64,000 nucleotides of DNA from Heptranchias perlo. Lineage: Eukaryota. The notes under the pieces are model-generated. The model had not been told where the DNA came from. It made no database searches and saw only the letters and a list, made by a program, of their open reading frames with translations. Shown here one piece after another: positions 34,947 through 47,650 of the stretch; position 1 is the stretch's first letter; each line of letters opens with the position of its first letter. The position numbers and the translations under genes were made by a program. The stretch is from positions 62,001-126,000 of the forward strand of contig NW_027139260.1 in assembly GCF_035084215.1 (NCBI RefSeq), given 5' to 3'.

Positions 34947-37900
34947 CTCAATGGAGAGCCTGATGGAGAGGAGAGCTCGTTGGAGAGCCCGATGGAGAGG
35001 AGAGCTCGATGGAGAGGAGAGCTCGATGGAGAGGAGAGCCTGATGGAGAGCTCGATGGAGAGTTCGATGGAGAGCTCGATAGAGAGGAGAGCTCGATAGA
35101 GAAGGGAGCTCGATGGAGAGCCCGAAGGAGAGCACGATGGAGAGCAGAGCTTGATAGAGAGGAGAGCCCGATGGAGAGGAGAGCTCAATGGAGAGCCCGA
35201 TGGAGAGGAGAGCGCAATGGAGAGACCGATGGAGAGGAGAGCCCAACGGAGAGCCCGATGGAGAGCTCGATGGGGAGGAGAGCTCAATAGAGAGGAGAGC
35301 CTGATGGAAAGCTCGATGGAGAGCCGGATGGAGAGCTCGATGGAGAATGCGATGGAGAGCGCGATGGAGAGCCCGCTGGAGAGCTCAATGGAGAGGAGAG
35401 CGCGATGGAGAGCCTGATGGAGAGGAGAGGTCGATGGAGAGCTCGATGGAGAGCTCAATGGAGAGCGCGAAGGAGAGCCCGATGGAGAGCTCGATGGAGA
35501 GGAGAGCACGATGGAGAGCCTAATGGAGAGGAGAGCTCAATAGAGAGGAGAGCCCAATGGAAAGCTCGATGGAGAACCCGATGGAGAGCTCGATGGAGAG
35601 CGCGATGGAGAGCCCCGATGGAGAGCTCGATGGAGAGGAGAGCTCGCTGGAGAGCCCGATGGAGAGCTCGATGGAGAGAAGAGCCCGATGGAGAGCTCGA
35701 TGGAGAGGAGAGCCCAATGGAGAGGAGAGCTTGACAGAGAGAAGCGCTTGATGGATAGGAGAGCTCGATGGACAGCTCAATGGAGAGCCAGATGGAGAGT
35801 CCAATGGAGAGTCAGATCGAGAGCTCGATGGAGAGCCCGATGGAGAGTCAGATGGAGAGGAGAGCCCAATGGAGAGTCCGATGGAGAGCTCGATGGAGAG
35901 TTCGATGGAGAGGGGAGCCCGATGGAGAGCTCGATGGAGAGTCCGATGGAGAGGAGAGCCCAATGGAGAGTCCGATGGAGAGGAGAGCCTGATGGAGAGT
36001 CCGATGGAGAGGAGAGCTCGATAGAGAGGAGATCCTGATGGAGAGCCCGATGGAGGGTCCGATCGAGAGGAGAGCTCGATAGAGAGGAGATCCTGATGGA
36101 GAGGAGAGCTCGTTGGAGAGCCCAATGGAAAGGAGAGCTCAATGGAGAGCCCAATGGAGAGGGGAGCCCGATGGGGAGCTTGATGGAGAGCCTGATGGAG
36201 AACCTGATGGAGAGAAGAGCTCGATGGAGAGCCCGATGGAGAGGAGAGCTCGCTGGCGAGTCCGATGGAGAGCCTGATGACGAGTCTGATGCAGAGCCCA
36301 ATGGAGAGCCTGATGGAGAGCCCGATGGAGAGCCTGATGGAGAGGATAGCCCAATGGAGAGCCTGATGCAGAGGAGAGCCCGATGGAGAGGAGAGCTTGA
36401 TAGAGAGGAGAGCTTGATGGAGAGGAGAGCTCGATGGACAGCTCGATGGAGAGCAAGATGGAGAGCCCGATGGAGAGCTCGATGGAGAGACCGATGGAGA
36501 GTCCGATCGAGAGCTCGATGGAGAGCCCGACACAGAGGAGAGCCTGATAGAAAGCCCGATGGAGAGGAGAGCTCGATAGTGAAGGGAGCTCGACGGAGAG
36601 CCCGAAGGAGAGGAGAGTTCAACGGAGAGGAGAGCCCGATGGAGAACCTGATGGAGAGGAGAGCCCGATGGAGAGCACGATGGAGAGGAGAGCTCGATGG
36701 AGAGCCCGATGGAGAGGAGAGCCTGATGGAGAGCACGATGGAGAGGAGAGCCCGATGGAGAGCCCGATGGAGAGGAGAGCCCAATGGAGAGCCCGATGGA
36801 GAGGAGAGCCCGATGGAGAGCTCAATGGAGAGCCCGATGGAGAGGAGAGCCCGATGGAGAGCCCGATGGAGAGGAGAGCCCGATGGAGAGAGAGTTCGAT
36901 GGAGAGCCTGATGGAGAGCCCGATGGAGAGGAGAGCTCGATGGAGAGCCGAATAGGGAGCTCGATGGAGAGCCCGATGGAGAGCTCGAAAGAGAGCCCGA
37001 TATAGTTCCTGATGGAGAGCCCGATGGAGAGCCTGATGGAGAGCCCAGTGGAGAGCTCGATGGAGAGCCCGATGGAGAGTTCGATGGAGAGCCTGTGAAG
37101 AGCCCGATGGAGACCCTGAAGGAGAGTCCGATGGAGAGCTTGGTGGAGAGCCCAATGGAGAGCTCGATGGAGAGGAGAGCCCGATGGAGAGCCCGATGGT
37201 GAGGAGAGCTCGATGGAGAGGAGGGCTCGATGGACAGCTCGATGGAGAGCCCGATGGAGAGGAGAGCTTGATGGAGAGCCCGATGGAGAGGAGAGCTTGA
37301 TGGAGAGCCGGATGGAGAGCCCGATGGAGAGTCCAATGGAGAGAAGAGCTCGATAGAGAGGAGAGTCCGATGGAGAGGAGAGCTCGATCGAGTGGAGAGC
37401 CTGATGGAGAGGAGAGCTCGTTGGAGAGCCCAATGGAGAAGAGAGCTCAATGGAGAGCCCGATGGAGAGGAGAGCCCGACGGAGAGGAGAGCCCAATGGA
37501 GAGTCCGATGGAGAGCTCAATGGAGAGCCCGACGCAGAGGAGAGCCTGATGGAAAGCTCGATGGAGAGTCCGATGGAGCGGAGAGCTCGATGGAGAGCCC
37601 GATGGAGAGGAGAGCCCAATGGAGAGCCCGATGGAGAGGAGAGCTCGATAGAGTGGAGATCCTGATGGAGAGCTCAATGGAGAGCCCGATGGAGAGCCTG
37701 ATGGAGAGGAGAGCCCGATGGAGAGCACGATGGAGAGCCTGATGGAGAGGAGAGCCCGATGGAGAGCCCGATGCAGAGAGAGCTCGATGGACAGCTCGAT
37801 GGAGAGCCCGATGAAGAGCCTGATGGAGAGCCCGAAAGAGAGTCCAATGGATAGCTCGTTGGTGAGGAGAGCTCGATGGAGAACCCGATTGAGAGGAGAG

Positions 37901-40900
37901 CTCGATGGACAAACCGATGGAGAGTCCAATGGAGAGCCCGAAGGAGAGCCCAATGGAAAGCTCAATGGATAGCCCGATGGAGAGTCCAATGGAGAGCCCG
38001 ATGGAGAGCTTGGTGGAGAGCCCAATGGAGAGCTCGATGGAGAGCCTGATGGAGAGGAGAGCCCGATGGAGAGCTCGATGGAGAGGAGAGCCCGATGGAG
38101 AGCCCGATGGTGAGGAGAGCTTGATAGAGAGGAGATGTCGATGGAGAGGAGGGCTCGATGGACAGCTCGATGGAGAGCCCGATGGACAGCTCGACGGTAG
38201 AGGCGAGCATGATGGAGAGCTTGATGGATGGAGAGTCCGATGGAGACCTCGATGGAGAGCACAATGGAGAGACCGATGGAGAGCACGATGGAGAGTCCAA
38301 TGGAGAGAAGAGCTCGATAGAGAGGAGAGTCCGATGGAGAGGAGAGCTCGATAGAGAGGAGAGCCTGATGGAGAGGAGAGCTCGTTGGAGAGCGCAATGG
38401 AGAGGAGAGCTCAATGGAGAGCCCGATGGAGAAGAGAGCTCAATGGAGAGCCCGATGGAGAAGAGAGCTCAATGGAGAGCCCGATGGAGAGGAGAGCCCG
38501 ACGGAGAGGAGAGCCCAATGGAGAGTCCGATGGAGAGCTCAATGGAGAGCCCGACGCAGAGGAGAGCCTGATGGAAAGCTCGATGGAGAGTCCGATGGAG
38601 AGGAGAGCCCGATGGAGAGGAGAGCTTGATAGAGAGGAGAGCTCGATGGACAGCTCGATGGAGAGCAAGATGGAGAGCCCGATGGAGAGCTCGATGGAGT
38701 GCCCGACACAGAGGAGAGCTCGATAGTGAAGGGAGCTCGACGGAGAGCCCGAAGGAGAGGAGAGCTCAACGGAGACCCCGATGGAGAGGAGAGCCCGATG
38801 GAGGGCTTGATGAGAGCCTGATGGAGAACCTGATGCAGAGGAGAGCTCGATGGAGAGCCCGATGGAGAGGAGAGCTCAACGGAGAGCCCGATGGAGAGGA
38901 GAGCCCAATGGAGAGCACGATTGAGAGGAGAGCTCGATGGAGAGCCCGATGGAGAGGAGAGCCTGATGGAGAGCACGATGGAGAGGAGAGCCCGATGGAG
39001 AGCCCGATGGAGAGGAGAGCCCAATGGAGAGCCCGATGGAGAGGAGAGCCCGATGGAGAGCTCAATGGAGAGCCCGATGGAGAGGAGAGCCCGATGGAGA
39101 GCCCGATGGAGAGGAGAGCTCAATGGAGAGCCCGATGGAGAGGAGAGCCCGATGGAGAGCCCGATGGAGAGGAGAGCTCGATGGAGAGAGAGTTCGATGT
39201 AGAGCCTGATGGAGAGCCCGATGGAGAGGAGAGCTCGATGGAGAGCCGAATAGGGAGCTCGATGGAGCGCTCGATGGAGAGCCCGATGGAGAGCTCGAAG
39301 GAGAGCCCGATATGGCGCCTGATGGAGAGCCCGATGGAGAGCCTGATGGAGAGCTCGATGGAGAGCCCGATGGAGAGTTCGATGGAGAGCTCGATGGAGA
39401 GTTCGATGGAGAGCCTGTGAAGAGCCCGATGGAGACCCTGAAGGAGAGTCCGATGGAGAGCCCGATGGAGAGCTTGGTGGAGAGCCCAATGGAGAGCTCG
39501 ATGGAGAGGAGAGCTTGATGGAGAGGAGAGCTCGATGGACAGCTCGATGGAGAGCCCGATGGAGAGGAGAGCATGATGGAGAGCTTGATGGAGAGCCCGA
39601 TGGAGAGTCCGATGGAGACCTCGATGGAGAGCACAATGGAGAAGAGAGCTCAATGGAGAGCCCGATGGAGAGGAGAGCCCGACGGAGAGGAGAGCCCAAT
39701 GGAGAGTCCGATGGAGAGCTCAATGGAGAGCCCTACGCAGAGGAGAGCCTGATGGTAAGCTCGATGGAGAGTCCGATGGAGAGGAGAGCTCGATGGAGAG
39801 CCCGATGGAGAGGAGAGCTCGATAGAGTGGAGATCCTGATGGAGAGCACGATGGAGAGGAGAGCCCGATGGAGAGCCTGATGGAGAGGAGAGCCCGATGG
39901 AGAGCCCGATGAAGAGCCTGATGGAGAACCCGATGGAGAGTCCAATGGATAGCTCGATGGAGAGGAGAGCTCGATGGAGAGCTCAATGGAAAGCCCGATG
40001 GAGAGTCCAATGGATAGCTCGAGGGTGAGGAGAGCTCGATGGAGAACCCGATTGAGAGGAGAGCTCGATGGACAAACCGATGGAGAGTCCAATGGAGAGC
40101 CCGAAGGAGAGCCCAATGGAAAGCTCGATGGAGAGCCCGATGGAGAGTCCAATGGAGAGAAGAGCTCGATAGAGAGGAGAGCCTGATGGAGAGGAGAGCT
40201 CGTTGGAGAGCGCAATGGAGAGGAGAGCTCAATGGAGAGCCCGATGGAGAAGAGAGCTCAATGGAGAGCCCGATGGAGAGGAGAGCCCGACAGAGAGGAG
40301 AGTCCGATGGAGAGCTCAATGGAGAGCCTGACGCAGAGGAGAGCCTGATGGAAAGCTCGATGGAGAGTCCGATGGAGAGGAGAGCTCGATGGAGAGCCCG
40401 ATGGAGAGGAGAGCCCAATGGAGAGCCCGATGGAGAGGAGAGCTCGATAGAGTGGAGATCCTGATGGAGAGCTCAATGGCGAGCCCGATGGAGAGTCCGA
40501 TGGAGCGGAGAGCCTGATGGAGAGCACGATGGAGAGGAGAGCCCGATGGAGAGCCCGATGGAGTGGAGAGCACGATGGAGAGGAGAGCCCGATGGAGAGC
40601 CTGATGGAGAGGAGAGCCCGATGGAGAGAGAGCTCGATGGACAGCTCGATGGAGAGCACGATGGAGAGCCCAATGGAAAGCCCGATGGAGAGTCCAATGG
40701 AAAGCTCGATGGTGAGGAGAGCTCGATGGAGAGGAGAGCTCAATGGAGAGCTCGATGGAGAGGAGAGCTCGATGGAGAGGAAAGCACGATGGAGAGCCCG
40801 GTTGAGAGGAGAGCTCGATGGACAAACCGATGGAGAGTCCAATGGAGAGCCCGAAGAAGAGCCCAATGGAAAGCTCGATGGAGAGCCCGATGGAGTGTCC

Positions 40901-41746
40901 AATGGAGAGCCCGATGGAGAGGAGAGCTCGATAGAGAAGGGAGCTCGATGGAGAACCCCAAGGAGAGCCAGATGGAGAGCAGAGCTCGATACAGATGAGA
41001 TCCCGATGGAGAGGAGAGCTCAATGGAGAGCCCGATGGAGAGGAGAGCTCAATGGAGAGCCCGATGGAGAGGAGAGCCCAATGGAGAGCCCGATAGAGAG
41101 TCCGATGGAGAGCTCGATGTGGAGGAGAGCGCAATAGAGAGGAGAGCCCGATGGAAAGCTCGATGGAGAGTCCGATGGAGAGCTCGATGGAGAGCTCAAT
41201 GGAGAGCCCGATGGAGAGTCCGATGGAGAGCTCGATGGAGAGGCTGATGGAGAGCTCAATGGAGCACTCGAAGGAGAGCCCGATGGAGAGGAGAGCCCGA
41301 TGGAGAGCTCAATGGAGAGCTCAATGGAGAGCCCGATGGCGAGCCCGATGGAGAGCTCGATGGAGAGCCTAATGGAGAGCTCGATGGAGAGCCTGATGGA
41401 GAGGAGAGCCCGATGGAGAGCTCAATGGAGAGGAGAGCCCTATGGAGAGTCGAGCCCGATGGAAAGCCCGATGGTGAGGAGAGGTTGATAGGGAGGAGAG
41501 CTCGATGGAGAGGAGGGCTTGATGGACAGCTCGATAGATAGCTCGATTGAGAGCCCGATGGTGAGTCCGACGGAGAGCCTGATATCGAGACTGATGCAGA
41601 GCACAATGGAGAGCCTGATGGAGAGCCCAATGGAGAGCCTGATGGAGAGCACGATGGAGAGCCTGATGGAGAGCTCGATGGACAGCCTGATGGAGAGCTC
41701 GATGGGGAGCCTTGTGGAGAGGAGAGCCCGATGAAGAGCCCAATGG

Positions 41747-42367
41747 AACATAAGAATATAAGAAATAGGAGCAGGAGTAGGCCAATCGGCCCCTCGAGCC
41801 TGCCCTGCCATTCAATAAGATCATGGCTGATCTGATCCTAACCTCAAATCTAAATTCATGTCCAATTTCCTGCCCGCTCCCTGTAACCCCTAATTCCCCT
41901 TACTTCTAGGAAACTGTCTATTTCTGTTTTAAATTTATTTACTGGTGTTGCTTCCACAGCTTCCTGGGGCAGCAAATTCCACAGACCCACCACCCTCTGA
42001 GTGAAGAAGTTTCTCCTCATCTCAGTTTTGAAAGAGCAGCCCCTTATTCTAAGATTATGCCGCCTAGTTCCAGTTTCACCCATCCTTGGGAACATCCTTA
42101 CCGCATCCACCCGATCAAGCCCCTTCACAATCTTATATGTTTCAATAAGATCGCCTCATTATTCTGAACTCCAATGAGTAGAGTCCCAATCTACTCAACC
42201 TCTCCTCATATGTCCACCCCCTCATCCCCGGGATTAACCGAGTGAACCTTCTTTGTACTGCCTCGAGAGCAAGTATGTCTTTTCTTAAGTATGGAGACCA
42301 AAACTGTATACAGTATTCCAGGTGCGGTCTCACCAATACCTTATATAACTGCAGCAATACCTCCCTG
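41747..42367 (-). mobile_element. CR1 3' fragment, copy 1 of 5
   Basis: Minus strand [20 protein letters not shown]...FFTQRVVGLWNLLP plus the (TTCTTATG)-type tail. Confidence 0.95.
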
Positions 42368-45300
42368 AGAGAGCTCGAATGTCAGCTCGATGGAGAGCCC
42401 GATGGAGAGCCCGATGGACAGCCCAATGGAGAGCCCGATGGAGAACCTGACGGAGAGTCCAATGGACAGCTCGATGGAGAGGAGAGCTCGATGGAGAGCT
42501 TGATGAAGAGGAGAGCTCGATGGAGAGGAGAGCTCGATGGAGAGCTCGATGAAGAGGAGAGCTCGATGGAGAGGAGAGCATGATGGAGAGCTCGATTGAG
42601 AGGAGAGCTCGATGAACAATCCGATGGAGAGTCCAATGGAAAGCCCGAAGGAGAGCCCAATGGAAAGCTCGATGGTGAGTCCAATGGAGAGCCCGATGGA
42701 GAGGAGAGCTCGATAGAGAAGGGAGCTCGATGGAGAGCCCGAAGGAGAGCCCGATGGCGAGCATAGCTCAATAGAGATCAGAGCCCGATGGAGAGGAGAG
42801 CCCGATGGAGAGAGATCTCGATGGAGAGCCCGATATGGAGCCAGATGGAGAGCCCGATGGACAGGCCGATGGAGAACCCGATGGAGAGTCCAATGGATAG
42901 CTCAATGGAGAGGAGAGCTCGATAGAGAGGAGGTCCTGATGGAGAGCCCGATGGAGGGTCCGATCGAGAGGAGAGCTCGATAGAGAGGAGATCCTGATGG
43001 AGAGGAGAGCTCGTTGGAGAGCCCAATGGAAAGGAGAGCTCAATGGAGAGCCCAATGGAGAGGGGAGCCCGATGGGGAGCTTGATGGAGAGCCTGATGGA
43101 GAACCTGATGGAGAGAAGAGCTCGATGGAGAGCCCGATGGAGAGGAGAGCTCGCTGGCGAGTCCGATGGAGAGCCTGATGGCGAGTCTGATGCAGAGCCC
43201 AATGGAGAGCCTGATGGAGAGCCCGATGGAGAGCCTGATGGAGAGGATAGCCCAATGGAGAGCCTGATGCAGAGGAGAGCCCGATGGAGAGGAGAGCTTG
43301 ATAGAGAGGAGAGCTTGATGGAGAGGAGAGCTCGATGGACAGCTCGATGGAGAGCAAGATGGAGAGCCCGATGGAGAGCTCGATGGAGAGACCGATGGAG
43401 AGTCCGATCGAGAGCTCGATGGAGAGTCCGATGGAGAGGACAGCCCGATGGAGAGGAGAGCTTGATGGAGAGGAGAGCTCGATGGACAGCTCGATGGAGA
43501 GCAAGATGGAGAGCCCGATGGAGAGCTCGATGGAGAGCCCGACACAGAGGAGAGCCTGATGGAAAGCCCGATGGAGAGGAGAGCTCGATAGTGAAGGGAG
43601 CTCGACGGAGAGCCCGAAGGAGAGGAGAGTTCAACGGAGAGGAGAGCCCGATGGAGAACCTGATGGAGAGGAGAGCCCGATGGAGAGCACGATGGAGAGG
43701 AGAGCTCGATGGAGAGCCCGATGGAGAGGAGAGCCTGATGGAGAGCACGATGGAGAGGAGAGCCCGATGGAGAGCCCGATGGAGAGGAGAACCCAATGGA
43801 GAGCCCGATGGAGAGGAGAGCCCGATGGAGAGCTCAATGGAGAGCCCGATGGAGAGGAGAGCCCGATGGAGAGCCTGATGGAGAGGAGAGCTCAATGGAG
43901 AGCCCGATGGAGAGGAGAGCCCGATGGAGAGCCCGATGGAGAGGAGAGCTCGATGGAGAGAGAGTTCGATGGAGAGCCTGATGGAGAGCCCGATGGAGAG
44001 GAGAGCTCGATGGAGAGCCGAATAGGGAGCTCGATGGAGAGCCCGATGGAGAGCTCGAAAGAGAGCCCGATATAGTGCCTGATGGAGAGCCCGATGGAGA
44101 GCCTGATGGAGAGCCCAGTGGAGAGGTCGATGGAGAGCCCGATGGAGAGTTCGATGGAGAGCCTGTGAAGAGCCCAATGGAGACCCTGAAGGAGAGTCCG
44201 ATGGAGAGCCCGATGGAGAGCTTGGTGGAGAGCCCAATGGAGAGCTCGATGGAGAGGAGAGCCCGATGGAGAGCCCGATGGTGAGGAGAGCTTGATGGAG
44301 AGCTTGATGGAGATCCCGATGGAGAGTCCGATGGAGACCTCAATGGAGAGCACAATGGAGAGCCCGATGGAGAGTCCGATGGAGACCTCGATGGAGAGCA
44401 CAATGGAGAGCCCGATGGAGAGCACGATGGAGAGTCCAATGGAGAGAAGAGCTCGATAGAGAGGAGAGTCCGATGGAGAGGAGAGCTCGATAGAGAGGAG
44501 AGTCCGATGGAGAGGAGAGCTCGATAGAGTGGAGAGCCTGATGGAGAGGAGAGCTCGTTGGAGAGCCCAATGGAGAAGAGAGCTCAATGGAGAGCCCGAT
44601 GGAGAGGAGAGCCCGACGGAGAGGAGAGCCCAATGGAGAGTCCGATGGAGAGCTCAATGGAGAGCTCGACGCAGAGGAGAGCCTGATGGAAAGCTCGATG
44701 GAGAGTCCGATGGAGAGGAGAGCTCGATGGAGAGCCCGATGGAGAGGAGAGCCCAATGGAGAGCCCGATGGAGAGGAAAGCTCGATAGAGTGGAGATCCT
44801 GATGGAGAGCTCAATGGAGAGCCCGATGGAGAGCCTGATGGAGCGGAGAGCCCGATGGAGAGCACGATGGAGAGGAGAGCCCGATGGAGAGCCTGATGGA
44901 GAGGAGAGCCCGATGGAGAGCCGGATGCAGAGAGAGCTCGATGGACAGCTCGATGGAGAGCCCGATGGACAGCCCGATGGAGAACCCGATGGAGAGTCCA
45001 ATGGATAGCTCGATGGTGAGGAGAGCTCAATGGAGAGCTCGATGGAGAGGAGAGCTCGATGGAGAGCTCGATGGAGAGCTCAATGGAGAGGAAAGCACGA
45101 TGGAGAGCCCGGTTGAGAGGAGAGCTCGATGGACAAACCGATGGAGAGTCCAATGGAGAGCCCGAAGAAGAGCCCAATGGAAAGCTCGATGGAGAGCCCG
45201 ATGGAGAGTCCAATGGAGAGCCCGATGGAGAGGAGAGCTCGATGGAGAGCTCAATGGAAAGCCCGATGAAGATCCTGATGGAGAGCCCGATGGAGAGTCC

Positions 45301-47029
45301 AATGGATAGCTCGATGGTGAGGAGAGCTCGATGGAGAGCTCGATGGAGAGGAGAGCTCAATGGAGAGCTCGATGAAGAGGAGAGCTCGATGGAGAGGAGA
45401 GCTCGATGGAGAACCCGATTGAGAGGAGAGCTCGATGGACAAACCGATGGAGAGTCCAATGGAGAGCCCGAAGGAGAGCCCAATGGAAAGCTCGATGGAG
45501 AGCCCGATGGAGAGTCCAATGGAGAGCCCGATGGAGAGCTTGGTGGAGAGCCCAATGGAGAGCTCAATGGAGAGCCTGATGGAGAGGAGAGCCCGATGGA
45601 GAGCCCGATGGTGAGGAGAGCTCGATGGAGAGCTCGATGGAGAGGAGAGCTCAATGGAGAGCTCGATGAAGAGGAGAGCTCGATGGAGAGGAGAGCTCGA
45701 TGGAGAACCCGATTGAGAGGAGAGCTCGATGGACAAACCGATGGAGAGTCCAATGGAGAGCCCGAAGGAGAGCCCAATGGAAAGCTCGATGGAGAGCCCG
45801 ATGGAGAGTCCAATGGAGAGCCCGATGGAGAGCTTGGTGGAGAGCCCAATGGAGAGCTCGATAGAGAGCCTGATGGAGAGGAGAGCCCGATGGAGAGCTC
45901 GATGGAGAGGAGAGCCCGATGGAGAGTCGAGCCCAATGGATAGCCCGATGGTGAGGAGAGCTTGATAGAGAGGAGAGCTCGATGGAGAGGAGGGCTCGAT
46001 AGACAGCTCGATGGAGAGCCCGATGGAGAGCACGATGGATAGTCCAATGGAGAGAAGAGCTCGATAGAGAGGAGAGTCCGATGGAGAGGAGAGCTCGATA
46101 GAGAGGAGAGCCTGATGGAGAGGAGAGCTCGTTGGAGAGCGCAATGGAGAGGAGAGCTCAATGGAGAGCCCGATGGAGAAGAGAGCTCAATGGAGAGCCC
46201 GATGGAGAGGAGAGCCCGACGGAGAGGAGAGCCCAATGGAGAGTCCGATGGAGAGCTCAATGGAGAGCCCGACGCAGAGGAGAGCCTGATGGAAAGCTCG
46301 ATGGAGAGCCCGATGGAGAGGAGAGCTCAATGGAGAGCCCGATGGAGAGGAGAGCCCAATGGAGAGCCCGATAGAGAGTCCGATGGAGAGCTCGATGTGG
46401 AGGAGAGCGCAATAGAGAGGAGAGCCCGATGGAAAGCTCGATGGAGAGTCCGATGGAGAGCTCGATGGAGAGCTCAATGGAGAGCCCGATGGAGAGGAGA
46501 TCCCGATGGAGAGCTCGATGGAGAGGCTGATGGAGAGCTCAATGGAGCACTCGATGGAGAGCCCGATGGAAAGGAGAGCCCGATGGAGAGCTCGATGGAG
46601 AGCCTAATGGAGAGTTCGATGGCGAGCCCGATGGAGAACTTGATGGAGAGCCCAATGGAGAGCTCGATGGAGAGCCTGATGGAGAGGAGAGCCCGATGGA
46701 GAGCTCAATGGAGAGGAGAGCCCTATGGAGAGTCGAGCCCGATGGAAAGCCCGATGGTGAGGAGAGGTTGATAGGGAGGAGAGCTCGATGGAGAGGAGGG
46801 CTTGATGGACAGCTCGATAGATAGCTCGATTGAGAGCCCGATGGTGAGTCCGACGGAGAGCCTGATATCGAGACTGATGCAGAGCACAATGGAGAGCCTG
46901 ATGGAGAGCCCAATGGAGAGCCTGATGGAGAGCACGATGGAGAGCCTGATGGAGAGCTCGATGGACAGCCTGATGGAGAGCTCGATGGGGAGCCTTGTGG
47001 AGAGGAGAGCCCGATGAAGAGCCCAATGG

Positions 47030-47650
47030 AACATAAGAATATAAGAAATAGGAGCAGGAGTAGGCCAATCGGCCCCTCGAGCCTGCCCTGCCATTCAATA
47101 AGATCATGGCTGATCTGATCCTAACCTCAAATCTAAATTCATGTCCAATTTCCTGCCCGCTCCCTGTAACCCCTAATTCCCCTTACTTCTAGGAAACTGT
47201 CTATTTCTGTTTTAAATTTATCTAATGATGTAGCTTCCACAGCTTCCTGGGGCAGCAAATTCCACAGACCCACCACCCTCTGAGTGAAGAAGTTTCTCCT
47301 CATCTCAGTTTTGAAAGAGCAGCCCCTTATTCTAAGATTATGCCGCCTAGTTCCAGTTTCACCCATCCTTGGGAACATCCTTACCGCATCCACCCGATCA
47401 AGCCCCTTCACAATCTTATATGTTTCAATAAGATCGCCTCATTATTCTGAACTCCAATGAGTAGAGTCCCAATCTACTCAACCTCTCCTCATATGTCCAC
47501 CCCCTCATCCCCGGGATTAACCGAGTGAACCTTCTTTGTATTGCCTCGAGAGCAAGTATGTCTTTTCTTAAGTATGGAGACCAAAACTGTATGCAGTATT
47601 CCAGTTGCGGTCTCACCAATACCTTATATAACTGCAGCAATACCTCCCTG
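47030..47650 (-). mobile_element. CR1 3' fragment, copy 2 of 5
   Basis: Near-identical to copy 1, with the same junctions and the same 2-bp deletion. Confidence 0.95.
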